Assembly: GCF_900605495.1 (NCBI RefSeq)
Contig: NZ_LR027602.1
Location: 514,456 to 578,455 of the forward strand
Source of the DNA: Bacilliculturomica massiliensis
GTDB lineage: Bacteria > Bacillota > Clostridia > Peptostreptococcales > Anaerovoracaceae
Direction of reading: 5' to 3'
DNA length: 64,000 nt
This document shows, in pieces, positions 1-9,984 of this stretch. The stretch's first letter is position 1. Each line of letters opens with the position of its first letter. The notes under the pieces are model-generated. The model saw only the letters and a list, made by a program, of their open reading frames with translations. It was not told where the DNA came from and did not search any database. A program made the translations under genes and the position numbers.

Positions 1-318
1 CTCCGGCCCGGCTTCGTTGAGTTCGCTGGCTTTGAGATCCGGCCCGGCCTCGTTGAGTTCGCTGGCTTTGAGATCCGGCCCGGCTTCGCTGAGTTCGCCA
101 GCTTCAGGCTCCGGTCCAGCTTCGCCGGGTTCGCCGGCTTCGGGCTCTCCTTTGTGAATGGCGCGTGTGTAGCATTTGCAGACGCACATTCCGCACCCGG
201 TGCAAAGCGTGGGATCGACGTGTGCGCAGCCGCCGCGGAGCGTTATGGCTCTGGCGGGACAGACCACGGCGCAGGCGCCGCAGGAGATGCACTTATTCTT
301 GTCGATGAAGACGGTCAT
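1..318 (-). CDS. 2x[4Fe-4S] ferredoxin, partial (runs off the window start), with a repetitive low-complexity C-terminal tail
   Basis: The reverse complement of 316..318 is ATG, preceded by GGAGGAA. Translation MTVFIDKNKCISCGACAVVCP...CTGCGMCVCKC carries two CxxCxxCxxxC(P) cluster motifs. The tail is built of (LNEAGPDLKASE)n repeats encoded by 39-bp tandem repeats at 1..120. The ORF is absent from the track because no stop lies inside the window. Confidence 0.7.
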   Translation of the reverse strand, partial: MTVFIDKNKCISCGACAVVCPARAITLRGGCAHVDPTLCTGCGMCVCKCYTRAIHKGEPEAGEPGEAGPEPEAGELSEAGPDLKASELNEAGPDLKASELNEAGPE

Positions 319-751
319 GGGACGTTCCTCCTTTGTTCTGTGAGACTGATATTGCCCGCGGATCATCCGCTGTTCGGCAATAGTATAAAACATTTGTATT
401 GAAATGTCACTTATCAGATAAAAATTGCTAAATAAATTCCGAATATAGGAATCAAATATGGGCAATATTGGGCGGAATGCCAATGCGGGCGTGACAAATA
501 AAATAAAGATAAATAACAAAAAAGCTGGAATAAATACGATAAAATTAGAATAATAGCAGTCATATCGTTCAAAAAATTTTGATTTATATCAAAAACCCTG
601 TAAAAAATGAAGTGAGATTTTTTCGATGAAAGTCCGGATGTTAGAATTTCATATTGCGGAAAAATAGAATTGGGTATATTATTAAATCAGAATTGAGAAT
701 CGGAAACGGGGACGTTTCTGCTATGGCAAAGATGTGACTGGAGGTAAGAAA

Positions 752-2203
752 ATGAGAACACAGGAACAGTATCTGGAAGGACTTAAAAAAATGCGTCCGA
801 ATATCTATTTGGACGGCGAATGTATCGGGCGTGACGATCCCCGGGTCGTCAGAGCCAGCTCGGCGATCAGAATGACGTTCAGCCTGGTTGATAATCCGGA
901 GTATGAGGATCTGCTGACGGCGACTTCTCATATCAGCGGAAAGAAGATCAACCGTTTCACCCACATCCATCAGAGCGTGGACGATCTTCTGAAGAAGCAG
1001 GAAATGACGAGAAAGATCTGCGGCGCCTGCGGCGGATGCGTACAGCGGTGCATGGGCATCGACATGATGAACGCGATCTCCGGCGTAAGCTACGACGTGG
1101 ACCAGAAATATGGAACGAGCTACTACCAGAACTTCTTGAAGTTCCTGGAGTATTTCCAGGAGAACGATCTGGTGTGCGCGGGTTCCCAGACAGATACCAA
1201 GGGAGACAGAGCGGCAAGACCTTCCCAGCAGTGGGATCCGGACCAGTATCTGCACGTGGTGGAGAGAAGACCGGACGGCGTGGTCGTCCGCGGATGCAAA
1301 GTACATAACACCATGGCTCCCTATGCAGATGAGCTGCTCATCGTTCCGACCAGAGTGATGGGACCGGATGAGAAGGATTACGCCATCGCTTTCGCTATTC
1401 CGGCGGACACGGAAGGCATCTACCTCATCGCCAGAGAAGCGTTCTCCACCGCCCGCAAGCCGGAGATGGACGCTCCGATCACCAGTGCGGGAGACCTGGA
1501 AAGCATGACTGTGTTCGACGATGTGTTCATTCCCAACGAGAGGATCTTCCTCAACGGTGAAGTGGATATGGCTGGAAAGATGGCGCTGCGTTTCGCCCTC
1601 TATCACAGACACTCCTATACCGGATGCAAGCCGGGGATCGGCGACGTGATCATGGGCACTGCGGCGCTGATCGCGGATTACCAGAACATCAAGAAGCAGG
1701 GACACGTGAAGGAAAAGCTGGCTGAGATGATCAGCGTGGCTGAGCTGGTCTATGCGGCCGGTATCGCCAGCGCGGTAAAATCCACCAAGGCGGCTTCCGG
1801 GACGCAGGTTCCCAACGTGATCTACGCCAACGTGGGCAGAAGACACGCGGGCCACAATATCTATCATGAATTCAATATGCTCTGCGATATCACAGGCGGC
1901 CTGCCGGCTACCATTCCGGGCACGGCCGAATACCTGAATCCTGAGATCTCCAAGTACGTACAGAAGTACGTGACGAGACGGGAAGGGATTTCGCCGGAAG
2001 ACTGCTACAGGGCCTTCATGCTGGCTTCCGATCTGCTGACTGGAGAGTACAGCACTGTTGTGTTCCAGGTGGCCGGCGTTCACGGCGGCGGTTCCCCCAT
2101 CATGGAAGATATCGCGATCCTGGGTTCTTACGACCTGAATGCCAAGGTGAACATCGCAAAACACCTGGCCGGCATCGAGGTCAAGGACGAAGAAAAGAAA
2201 TAG
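752..2203 (+). CDS. abfD: 4-hydroxybutyryl-CoA dehydratase / vinylacetyl-CoA delta-isomerase-like (HpaB-fold flavoprotein with Fe-S ligands)
   Basis: 484 aa starting at ATG 752, preceded by GGAGGTAAG. The AbfD-type ligand pattern is present: CxxxC near residues 96-100 and H(x6)C near residues 285-292 (ALYHRHSYTGC). Family size is about 490 aa. Confidence 0.75.
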   Translation: MRTQEQYLEGLKKMRPNIYLDGECIGRDDPRVVRASSAIRMTFSLVDNPEYEDLLTATSHISGKKINRFTHIHQSVDDLLKKQEMTRKICGACGGCVQRCMGIDMMNAISGVSYDVDQKYGTSYYQNFLKFLEYFQENDLVCAGSQTDTKGDRAARPSQQWDPDQYLHVVERRPDGVVVRGCKVHNTMAPYADELLIVPTRVMGPDEKDYAIAFAIPADTEGIYLIAREAFSTARKPEMDAPITSAGDLESMTVFDDVFIPNERIFLNGEVDMAGKMALRFALYHRHSYTGCKPGIGDVIMGTAALIADYQNIKKQGHVKEKLAEMISVAELVYAAGIASAVKSTKAASGTQVPNVIYANVGRRHAGHNIYHEFNMLCDITGGLPATIPGTAEYLNPEISKYVQKYVTRREGISPEDCYRAFMLASDLLTGEYSTVVFQVAGVHGGGSPIMEDIAILGSYDLNAKVNIAKHLAGIEVKDEEKK

Positions 2204-2327
2204 GAAGCCTTTGCCGGAATATCGTACACGAACTCCGGAGACCGCGTAAGAGCTTCCTGGAATCGGAACTCTTGTCAAGCCCTTCGGAGTTCGTCGGTAC
2301 GGACGGAGATTGAAAGGAAGACGAGAA

Positions 2328-2870
2328 ATGAAAGAGATCAGAATTCATGGACGCGGCGGACAGGGATCTGTCGTGCTTGCCGAGATGCTTGGCATCGCGG
2401 CGTTTATGGAAGGAAAATACTGCCTCGCATTTCCTTATCTGGGCGGCGGCGGAGAGCGCCGGGGAGCGCCGGTGCAGGGGTTTGCCCGCATCGACGACCA
2501 GCCCGTCAAGGTTCGCGAAAAAATACAGAATCCGGACTATGTGATCATTCAGGATACCTCCATTATGGACGTGGTGGACGTATTTCACGGAATCAGAGAA
2601 AACGGAACAGTCATCGTCAACACAAGCGAGAAAGAGTTCAAATGCCCCAGAAGCGATCTGAAAGTAGTCGCTGTGGACGCCAGCCGCATCGCCATGGAGG
2701 CGCTGGGACGGCCCATCATGAACACTGCTCTTCTGGGAGCCTTTGCAAAGGTCACGGGCGAGATCTCCATCGAATCGGTGGAAGCGACCATCCGCGGCCG
2801 GTTTGAAGACGAACTGATCGACGGAAATCTGAAAGCCGCGCTGGATACGTACAACGCTGTACAGTTGTAG
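2328..2870 (+). CDS. 2-oxoacid:ferredoxin oxidoreductase, gamma subunit
   Basis: MKEIRIHGRGGQGSVVLAEMLG... is a typical Por/Kor/Vor gamma N-terminus. It is the first gene of a gamma-delta-alpha-beta set. Confidence 0.85.
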   Translation: MKEIRIHGRGGQGSVVLAEMLGIAAFMEGKYCLAFPYLGGGGERRGAPVQGFARIDDQPVKVREKIQNPDYVIIQDTSIMDVVDVFHGIRENGTVIVNTSEKEFKCPRSDLKVVAVDASRIAMEALGRPIMNTALLGAFAKVTGEISIESVEATIRGRFEDELIDGNLKAALDTYNAVQL

Positions 2871-2885
2871 AATGGAGGGATCACG

Positions 2886-3134
2886 ATGAAACTTAGTGTT
2901 GGCGGCACCTGCTTTGCCGGGGGATCAAAGGCAAACAACACCGGCGTGTGGAGACAGACCGCGCCCGTGGTCGATCTGGCAAAGTGCGTGAAGTGTAAAA
3001 TCTGTGTCGATTATTGTCCTGACTGCGCCATTGCGGTGGACGAAGAAGGCTGCAAGATCGACATGTTCTACTGTAAAGGCTGCGGAATCTGCTCCAATGA
3101 ATGTCCCGCCGGGGCGATCAGAATGGAGGTGTAG
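2886..3134 (+). CDS. 2-oxoacid:ferredoxin oxidoreductase, delta subunit (2x[4Fe-4S] ferredoxin)
   Basis: 82 aa carrying CVKCKICVDYCP and CKGCGICSNECP motifs. Confidence 0.85.
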   Translation: MKLSVGGTCFAGGSKANNTGVWRQTAPVVDLAKCVKCKICVDYCPDCAIAVDEEGCKIDMFYCKGCGICSNECPAGAIRMEV

Positions 3135-3139
3135 AGGAC

Positions 3140-4342
3140 ATGGGCAAAACAGTAAAAGTAATGGAAGGCTCCATGGCAGTTGCAAACGCCATCAGAAGCT
3201 GCAAAACCGATGTGATCGCGGCGTATCCCATCAGTCCGCAGACTCACATCGTTGAATATCTCTCCGACTTCGCTGCAAACGGAGAACTCAACGGGAAATA
3301 CATCAATGTGGATTCCGAGTTTTCGGCATCCTCCTTCGTATACGGGGCTTCGGCAACGGGCGCCCGTTCCTACACGGCATCCTCTTCTCAGGGGCTGCTG
3401 CTCATGACGGAGGTGCTTTACAATATTGCGGGTTCCCGGCTGCCGCTGGTCATGACCGGCGTGAACCGGACGGTATCCCCGCCCATCAGCATCCAGCCTG
3501 ACCATCAGGATACGATGACGCTGAGAGACGTGGGCTTTATCCAGCTCCATGTGGAAAGTATTCAGGAGGCCTACGACACGCACATTCAGGCGTTCCGCAT
3601 CGCGGAGGACCACAATGTGCTTCTGCCGGTCATGGTCTGCATGGACGGATGGATCCTGACCCACGCTTACGAACCTGTGACGATCTTCGACGACGCGGAC
3701 GTCTACAAGTTTGTGGGCGGACCGATCAAGCCGTATCAGAAAATGGACCCCTTCGACGAAAAGCCTGTGAATTACGGCTGCTATGCGGACGAAGACAAGC
3801 TGATGGAGTTCAAATATCTGATCATGGAAGCGCATAAGAACGCGGAAAAGGTCATCGAGGACGTTGCACTGGAATACAAAGAAACCTTTGGGCACTTCGC
3901 GGGCGGTCTCATCGACGCCTACCGTACGGAGGACGCTGACGTGATCCTGGTGGGTATGGGCTCTGTGACAGGCACCATTCGCTGCGCTGTGGATGAGCTG
4001 AGAGCGGAGGGAAAGAAGGTCGGCCTTCTGAAGATCAGAAGTTTCCGCCCCTTCCCCGGCAGACAGATCGCCGCCGCCTGCGCCGGCGCCAGAGTGGTGG
4101 GAGTCATTGATAAGGCTCTGTCTCTGGGGTACGGCGGGGTACTGGGCGCGGAGGTCAAGGAAGCGCTCTGCAACCAGAAGAATGCGCCGGCCGTCAAGGA
4201 TTACATAGCCGGCATCGGCGGAAAAGAAGTGAACCGCGCCGTGATCAAGGATATTTTCGCTGATGCGGAAAAGGTCACGAAGGAAAATATTCTGGATCAG
4301 GAAGTCATGTACGTCAACCTGAACAGACAGTTTGTGGAATAA
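3140..4342 (+). CDS. 2-oxoacid:ferredoxin oxidoreductase, alpha subunit
   Basis: Internal ATG preceded by GGAGGTG. MGKTVKVMEGSMAVANAIRSCKTDVIAAYPISPQT is a typical alpha-subunit N-terminus. Confidence 0.85.
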   Translation: MGKTVKVMEGSMAVANAIRSCKTDVIAAYPISPQTHIVEYLSDFAANGELNGKYINVDSEFSASSFVYGASATGARSYTASSSQGLLLMTEVLYNIAGSRLPLVMTGVNRTVSPPISIQPDHQDTMTLRDVGFIQLHVESIQEAYDTHIQAFRIAEDHNVLLPVMVCMDGWILTHAYEPVTIFDDADVYKFVGGPIKPYQKMDPFDEKPVNYGCYADEDKLMEFKYLIMEAHKNAEKVIEDVALEYKETFGHFAGGLIDAYRTEDADVILVGMGSVTGTIRCAVDELRAEGKKVGLLKIRSFRPFPGRQIAAACAGARVVGVIDKALSLGYGGVLGAEVKEALCNQKNAPAVKDYIAGIGGKEVNRAVIKDIFADAEKVTKENILDQEVMYVNLNRQFVE

Positions 4343-4355
4343 GGTGGTGGATACG

Positions 4356-5234
4356 ATGACAGAAAAGAAAAATTTGCTGGCGTCGGGACACAAAGCTTGT
4401 CCCGGCTGTACTGTTCCGATCGCTGTGAACAAAGTGCTGGAAGCCACGGGGAAAAACGTGATCGTCGTAACCGCTACAGGCTGTCTTGAGACGTTCACCT
4501 CGCTGATCGATTTCTCCAGCTGGGAAGTTCCCTGGATCACGCCTCTGTTTGAAAACGCGGCGGCTGTGGGAGCGGGCGTTGCTGCGGCTCTTGAGGCCAA
4601 GGACGGCAATGAGCGCGATACGAAGGTGGTGGCTTTCGGCGGAGACGGTTCGACCTACGACATCGGCTTTGGAGCCCTTTCTGGAATGCTGGAAAGAAAT
4701 GATAATGTTATTTACGTCTGCTACGACAATGAAGCTTATATGAACACGGGAGTCCAGAGGAGCAGCGGAACGCCCTTCGCCGCTACCACGACCACCAGTC
4801 CCTGCGGCGAGGCTTCCTTCGGCAACATCAAGTATAAGAAGAATATGCCGGAGATAGCCAGAGCGCACGGGATCCACTATGTGGCTACGGCCGCGATCTC
4901 GGACCTGAAAGATCTGAAGAAAAAGGTGGAGAAGGCCATGGCGGTGAAAGGCGCGTCTTATCTGCACATTCTGACTCCGTGCAACGTGGGATGGGGCTTC
5001 CCCTCTGAGAAATCAGTGGAGATGGCGCGGCTGACTGTAAATGCGGGATTGTTCCCGATCATTGAATACACGGACGGGGAATTGACGGCCGTGAAAAAGA
5101 TCAAAAAAATTCCTGTTGAGGATGCGCTGTTCGTGCAGAAGAGATTTAAACATCTGAAGAAGGACGAATATGCACAGCAGCTGAAGCAGGTACAGGCGAT
5201 TGCCGACGCAAATATTGCCAGGTACGGATTGTAG
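4356..5234 (+). CDS. 2-oxoacid:ferredoxin oxidoreductase, beta subunit (TPP-binding)
   Basis: Contains CPGC and the TPP motif GGDGSTYDIGFGALSG. Start at MTEKK after AAGGTGG. Confidence 0.85.
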   Translation: MTEKKNLLASGHKACPGCTVPIAVNKVLEATGKNVIVVTATGCLETFTSLIDFSSWEVPWITPLFENAAAVGAGVAAALEAKDGNERDTKVVAFGGDGSTYDIGFGALSGMLERNDNVIYVCYDNEAYMNTGVQRSSGTPFAATTTTSPCGEASFGNIKYKKNMPEIARAHGIHYVATAAISDLKDLKKKVEKAMAVKGASYLHILTPCNVGWGFPSEKSVEMARLTVNAGLFPIIEYTDGELTAVKKIKKIPVEDALFVQKRFKHLKKDEYAQQLKQVQAIADANIARYGL

Positions 5235-5275
5235 TATAGCCGACGCAAATATTGCCGGGTATGGATTATAGTATA
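5202..5275 (+). repeat. 37-bp tandem duplication (2 copies, 4 mismatches) spanning the stop codon of the beta-subunit gene
   Basis: gccgacgcaaatattgccaggtacggattgtagtata is followed directly by gccgacgcaaatattgccgggtatggattatagtata. Confidence 0.8.
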
Positions 5276-5276
5276 G

Positions 5277-5310
5277 GGTCTCCCCCAAAAAACTCTCTCC
5301 GGGGGAGACC
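5277..5310 (+). other. GC-rich stem-loop (ggtctccccc...gggggagacc) without a U-tract
   Basis: Perfect 10-bp inverted repeat with a 14-nt loop. No T-run follows on either strand, so it is a possible processing or attenuation structure rather than a canonical intrinsic terminator. Confidence 0.5.
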
Positions 5311-5338
5311 GGACCTGCGGAAACAAGGAGGTAGCAAA

Positions 5339-6532
5339 ATGCCGAAAGTATCCATTCAGAGAACGAAAGATCACGAGTATGCGAGCATCAAAGAAGCGGT
5401 AGACAAAGTGATCGAACAGCTGGGTGGCCTGGAAGACATCATCAAGCCGGGCTACAAAGTAATCATTAAACCGAATCTGGTGGCCACGCCTACCGACAGA
5501 TTGTCCGGCGGCGTTACCAGATGGGAAGTCTGCATGGCGGTCTACGAAGCTGTTCAGGCTGTGGGCGGCATTCCGGTCATCGCCGAATCCGCCGCTGCCG
5601 GCGCGGATACGGAATCTGTTATCCAGAAGTGCGGATATCAGGATCTGAGAGACAAGGGAGTTCCCGTGATCGACCTGAAGGACAAGGCCAACGCCCGCTG
5701 CACCGTGGAAGTTGAAAACGGCGTGGTGTTCAATAAGATCAATACCTGGGAGATGGTCCGCGACGCGGACGCCATCATCACCGTTCCTGTCATGAAGACT
5801 CATGATCAGACGGAGATCACCCTGGGCATGAAGAATCTGAAGGGACTGCTGGTGGACACCCAGAAAAAGGATTTCCACAAGCAGGGCCTGATCGAGGGCG
5901 TTGTGGACTGGTGCCTGCACTTAAAGCCGGTTCTGGAGATCATCGACGGAACCTATGGACAGCAGGGCCTGGGCCCCATCTTCGGCGAGACCAAAGAGAT
6001 GAAGCTGATCATCGGATCCAAGGATCTGGTGGCCTGCGAGGCCGTCACCGGCAAGATCATGGGATATGAGCCCAAGGATGTTATGATCACCAAGTCTGCC
6101 TGCGAGCGCGGTTTTGGCGAGATGGATCTCGACAAGATCGAGGTGGTGGGCACGCAGATCAAAGATGTGGAGAGCCGCTTCAAGAGATCCAGCGAGGTGG
6201 AGATCCCCGGTATTCCCGAGTCCTTCAATCTGATCTTCAGCAAGGACGCCTGCACGGGCTGCCACAACACTGTGATCAGTGCTCTGATGGATATGAAGGC
6301 GCAGGAGCTGTTCCCTTATCTGGAGAACATGAATGTCTGTGTGGGTCCTGTTACCAAGGATATGCTGCCTGAGGACGCAAACGCGGAGAACACCGTCTGT
6401 ATCGGCATCTGCTGCAAGAAGCTGGCGGACGAGATGAACTTCCGCTGGGTCGTGGGCTGCCCGCCGGGCAACGCGGACGTGGTAAAGGGAATTCTGGGCG
6501 ACCGTCTGGAATACGGAGTACGTTACAACTAG
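5339..6532 (+). CDS. DUF362-domain Fe-S protein with a C-terminal Cys-rich region
   Basis: Start at MPKVSIQ after AAGGAGG. The C-terminus carries CTGCHNT...CVGP...CIGICC cysteine clusters. Organisation is typical of DUF362 proteins found next to oxidoreductases. Confidence 0.6.
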   Translation: MPKVSIQRTKDHEYASIKEAVDKVIEQLGGLEDIIKPGYKVIIKPNLVATPTDRLSGGVTRWEVCMAVYEAVQAVGGIPVIAESAAAGADTESVIQKCGYQDLRDKGVPVIDLKDKANARCTVEVENGVVFNKINTWEMVRDADAIITVPVMKTHDQTEITLGMKNLKGLLVDTQKKDFHKQGLIEGVVDWCLHLKPVLEIIDGTYGQQGLGPIFGETKEMKLIIGSKDLVACEAVTGKIMGYEPKDVMITKSACERGFGEMDLDKIEVVGTQIKDVESRFKRSSEVEIPGIPESFNLIFSKDACTGCHNTVISALMDMKAQELFPYLENMNVCVGPVTKDMLPEDANAENTVCIGICCKKLADEMNFRWVVGCPPGNADVVKGILGDRLEYGVRYN

Positions 6533-6669
6533 AGACGCCGATCGCGGCAGATGGACAAAGCGAAATAAAAGCGGAAAAGACGGCCTGGGGGAAGGGACGG
6601 AAAAGGACCGATCCCCTTGGGCCGCGCCGGATGCCGGAAAATCAGTAACATCAAAGGAGTATTCGTTTT

Positions 6670-8010
6670 ATGATCGACTACGCAGGTGAATACAAGAAGA
6701 AGCTGGTGAGCGCGGATAAGGCTGTGCAGGCCGTTAAGCCGGGCGACTGGGTGGATTACGGCATGGCTCATTCCATTCCCATCGCGCTGGACAAAGCGCT
6801 GGCCGGCCGGAAGGATGAACTCCGCGACATCAAGGTGCGGGCCTGCCTGTCGCTGCAGGTGCCGGAGATCGTCAAGGCCGATCCGCAGGGTGAGACCTTT
6901 ACTTATCAGAGCTGGCACTTCGGAGGCGTTGACAGGAAGCTCTACAACCAGGGCAGTTGTTTCTTTATCCCGCTGCTCTACAGAGACCAGCCGGGATATT
7001 ACAGAAATGATCTTGACGTGGATGTGGCGATGATCCGGGTGACGCCCATGGACCGCCACGGTTATTTCGGTTTTTCTTTGATGAACTCGTCTAACGCGGC
7101 GATTCTGGAAAAGGCGAAAACGGTAATTCTTGAGGTCAATGAAAACCTTCCGCCCGTATATGGATTCGAAGAGTGCATACATATCTCTCAGGTAGATTTC
7201 GTGGTAGAAGGAAATAACGAAATGCCCGTGGCGACGCCTGTGCAGTCGAATGCCACCGAGACGGACCGGAAGATCGCGGAGTATGTAATAGAAGAGATCG
7301 AAGACGGCTCCGTGCTGCAGCTGGGGATCGGCAGCCTGCCGGACACGGTAGGACACATGATCGCTCAGTCGGATCTGAAAGATCTGGGCATGCACACGGA
7401 AATGCTGGTGGATTCCTACTATGAGCTTTACAAGGCCGGCAAGCTGACGAACCGCAGAAAGCAGATCGACAGGGGCAAAGGAGTCTGGACGTTCTGCGTG
7501 GGATCCGCGGAGCTTTACGAGTGGGTCAGGGAAAACCGGGGCCTGCTGTCCGCGCCGGTAAGCTACTGCAACTCGCCGGAGGTCATGGCGCAGAACGACA
7601 AAATGGTTGGGATCAACAATTGTATCGAGATGGATCTGTTCGGGCAGATCTGCTCGGAGTCTGCCGGCTACAGACACATCACCGGCACAGGAGGCCAGAT
7701 GGACTTTGTGCAGGGCTGCAGAAAGTCCAGGGGCGGAAAATGCTTCGTCTGTATGTCCTCTGTATTTGAGGGCAAGGATGGGGTGACCAGGTCCAGGATC
7801 GTGCCCGTCATGCAGGAAGGTGGGATCGTGACAGACCCTCGTTCCTTCCCGGTCTGTGTGGTGACGGAATTTGGAAAGCTGAATACAGCGGGTCTTTCGA
7901 CCTGGGAAAGAGCGGAAGGGCTGATCTCTCTGGCTCATCCTGATTTCCGGGAGGAATTGATCGCTGCTGCAGAAAAAATGAAAATTTGGCGGAGGAGTAA
8001 CAAGATATGA
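6670..8010 (+). CDS. Acetyl-CoA hydrolase/transferase-family CoA-transferase (4-hydroxybutyrate or butyryl-CoA:acetate CoA-transferase-like)
   Basis: 446 aa. Family motif GTGGQMDF is present. The stop overlaps the bcd start (ATGA). Confidence 0.8.
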   Translation: MIDYAGEYKKKLVSADKAVQAVKPGDWVDYGMAHSIPIALDKALAGRKDELRDIKVRACLSLQVPEIVKADPQGETFTYQSWHFGGVDRKLYNQGSCFFIPLLYRDQPGYYRNDLDVDVAMIRVTPMDRHGYFGFSLMNSSNAAILEKAKTVILEVNENLPPVYGFEECIHISQVDFVVEGNNEMPVATPVQSNATETDRKIAEYVIEEIEDGSVLQLGIGSLPDTVGHMIAQSDLKDLGMHTEMLVDSYYELYKAGKLTNRRKQIDRGKGVWTFCVGSAELYEWVRENRGLLSAPVSYCNSPEVMAQNDKMVGINNCIEMDLFGQICSESAGYRHITGTGGQMDFVQGCRKSRGGKCFVCMSSVFEGKDGVTRSRIVPVMQEGGIVTDPRSFPVCVVTEFGKLNTAGLSTWERAEGLISLAHPDFREELIAAAEKMKIWRRSNKI

Positions 8011-9155
8011 GCTTTATACTGACAAAAGAGCAGGAACAGGTCCAGAAGATGATGAGAAGCTTCGTGGAAAACGAAGTTGCTCCCATCGCGGACGAAATGG
8101 ACAAAGCCGGAGAGTTCCCGGTGGATCTTGTTAAAAAGATGGGACGTTACGGCCTGATGGGCGTTGCGTTCCCGAAAGAGTACGGCGGCGCGGGCGCGGA
8201 TTACGTTTCCTATGCCATCGTCATCGAGGAACTGTCCAAGGCGTGGGCTGCGGCTGCTACCATCGTGGCGGCTCACAATTCTCTGTGCTGCTGGCCGATC
8301 TTTGGCTGGGGCAACGAAGAGCAGAAGCAGAAGTATCTGCCGGACCTGCTGTCCGGAAAGAAGCTGGGCGCGTTTGGTCTCACGGAGCCCAATGCGGGAA
8401 GCGACGCCGGCGCACAGCAGACGAGAGTAGATGTGAAGGACGACTGCTACGTGCTCAACGGCGCGAAGGTCTTCATCACCAACGGCGCTTACGCCGATGT
8501 GTTTGTGGTCATGGCTATGAACGACAAGAAAAAGGGAACCCGCGGCGGCATCAGCGCATTCATCGTAGAGAAGGGCGATCCGGGATTCTCCATCGGAAAG
8601 TCGGAAGAAAAGCTGGGAATCCATTCTTCTTCCACCACCGAGCTGGTATTCCAGGACTGCACCATTCCCAAGGACAGACTGCTCGGAAAGATCGGCGACG
8701 GCTTCAAGGTCGCTATGAGCACGCTGGAAGGCGGACGTATCGGCGTTGCCTCTCAGGCGGTGGGTATCGCTCAGGGAGCTTTTGACCTGGCGGTAGAATA
8801 TATGAAGCAGAGAAAGCAGTTTGGCAAGAAACTGTCTCAGTTCCAGGCTCTGCAGTTCGAAATGGCCGATATGGATACGCGGATCCACGCAGCCCGTCTT
8901 CTGGTCAGAGAAGCGGCGGTCCGCAAGGATCAGCATCTGCCCATGGGCAAGAATTCCGCGATGGCGAAATACTACGCGGCGGACACTGCTATGCAGGTTG
9001 CCGTCAAGTGCCTCCAGTTCCACGGCGGATACGGCTTTACGCAGGATTACGCGATCGAGCGGTTCTTCAGAGACGCGAAGATCACCGAGATCTACGAGGG
9101 AACATCGGAAGTACAGAAGATCATTATTGCCGGCACGATTTTCGGAAAAAAATAG
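8007..9155 (+). CDS. bcd: Butyryl-CoA (short-chain acyl-CoA) dehydrogenase
   Basis: 382 aa. ACAD-family sequence lies directly upstream of etfB and etfA. Confidence 0.9.
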   Translation: MSFILTKEQEQVQKMMRSFVENEVAPIADEMDKAGEFPVDLVKKMGRYGLMGVAFPKEYGGAGADYVSYAIVIEELSKAWAAAATIVAAHNSLCCWPIFGWGNEEQKQKYLPDLLSGKKLGAFGLTEPNAGSDAGAQQTRVDVKDDCYVLNGAKVFITNGAYADVFVVMAMNDKKKGTRGGISAFIVEKGDPGFSIGKSEEKLGIHSSSTTELVFQDCTIPKDRLLGKIGDGFKVAMSTLEGGRIGVASQAVGIAQGAFDLAVEYMKQRKQFGKKLSQFQALQFEMADMDTRIHAARLLVREAAVRKDQHLPMGKNSAMAKYYAADTAMQVAVKCLQFHGGYGFTQDYAIERFFRDAKITEIYEGTSEVQKIIIAGTIFGKK

Positions 9156-9179
9156 ACGGTAAAAAGGGAGGAACGACTT

Positions 9180-9971
9180 ATGAAAATTATCGTATGCGCA
9201 AAACAGGTGCCGGACACCAATGAGATCAGGATCAATCCGGAGACGGGAACTCTGATCCGCGACGGTGTGCCCAGCATCCTCAATCCTGACGACGCCAATG
9301 CTCTGGAGCTGGCCCTTGAGATCAAGGACAAAAATCCGGGAACCACGGTAACTGTGGTCAGCATGGGACCGCCGCAGGCGCAGGAAATGCTGGAAGAGTG
9401 CCTGGCTATGGGCGCCGATGAGGGAATTCTCGTCTCCGACAGAGCTGTCGGAGGTTCGGATACATGGGCTACGTCCAACGCGCTGGCGGCCGCGATCAGA
9501 AAGGTCGGAGATTTCGATCTCCTGCTGGGCGGACGTCAGGCCATCGACGGAGATACGGCTCAGGTCGGACCGCAGATCGCGGAAAAACTGGGGCTGCCCC
9601 AGGTCACTTACGTGACGGAGTTTGAACTGGAAGAGGGCGGAAAATCCATGGTCGTAAAACGGGCCCTGGAAGATGGATTTGAAGAGATCCGCATTCATAC
9701 GCCCTGCATGCTGACGGCGATCAAGGAGCTGAACGATCCCAGATACATGTCCATCAGCGGGATCTACAACAAAGACAAGGATATCAAGGTGTGGAACGCA
9801 GCTGATATCGAGGTGGATCTGACTACCGTAGGTCTGAAGGCGTCGCCGACCAACGTGTTCCGTTCCTTCACGCCGAAGCCGAAGGGCAAGGGCGTTATGC
9901 TGGAAGGCGATACGGACGGCGAACTGGCGCAGCATCTGGTCGATGACCTGAAGCGGAAACACATCATTTAA
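9180..9971 (+). CDS. etfB: Electron transfer flavoprotein, beta subunit
   Basis: [13 protein letters not shown]... is a canonical EtfB N-terminus. 263 aa. Confidence 0.9.
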   Translation: MKIIVCAKQVPDTNEIRINPETGTLIRDGVPSILNPDDANALELALEIKDKNPGTTVTVVSMGPPQAQEMLEECLAMGADEGILVSDRAVGGSDTWATSNALAAAIRKVGDFDLLLGGRQAIDGDTAQVGPQIAEKLGLPQVTYVTEFELEEGGKSMVVKRALEDGFEEIRIHTPCMLTAIKELNDPRYMSISGIYNKDKDIKVWNAADIEVDLTTVGLKASPTNVFRSFTPKPKGKGVMLEGDTDGELAQHLVDDLKRKHII

Positions 9972-9984
9972 GGGAGGAAAGAAC

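Noticed and set aside
641-2278. 545-aa minus-strand ORF antisense to the abfD-like gene, and similar long antisense ORFs at 3068..4609, 7935..9986, 14358..15536, 16879..18414, 59985..62303 and 62447..63877
   Set aside because: These are shadow ORFs typical of high-GC DNA. They lie opposite genes with strong family signatures and RBSs, and their translations are Arg/Ala/Gly-rich low-complexity with no motifs.
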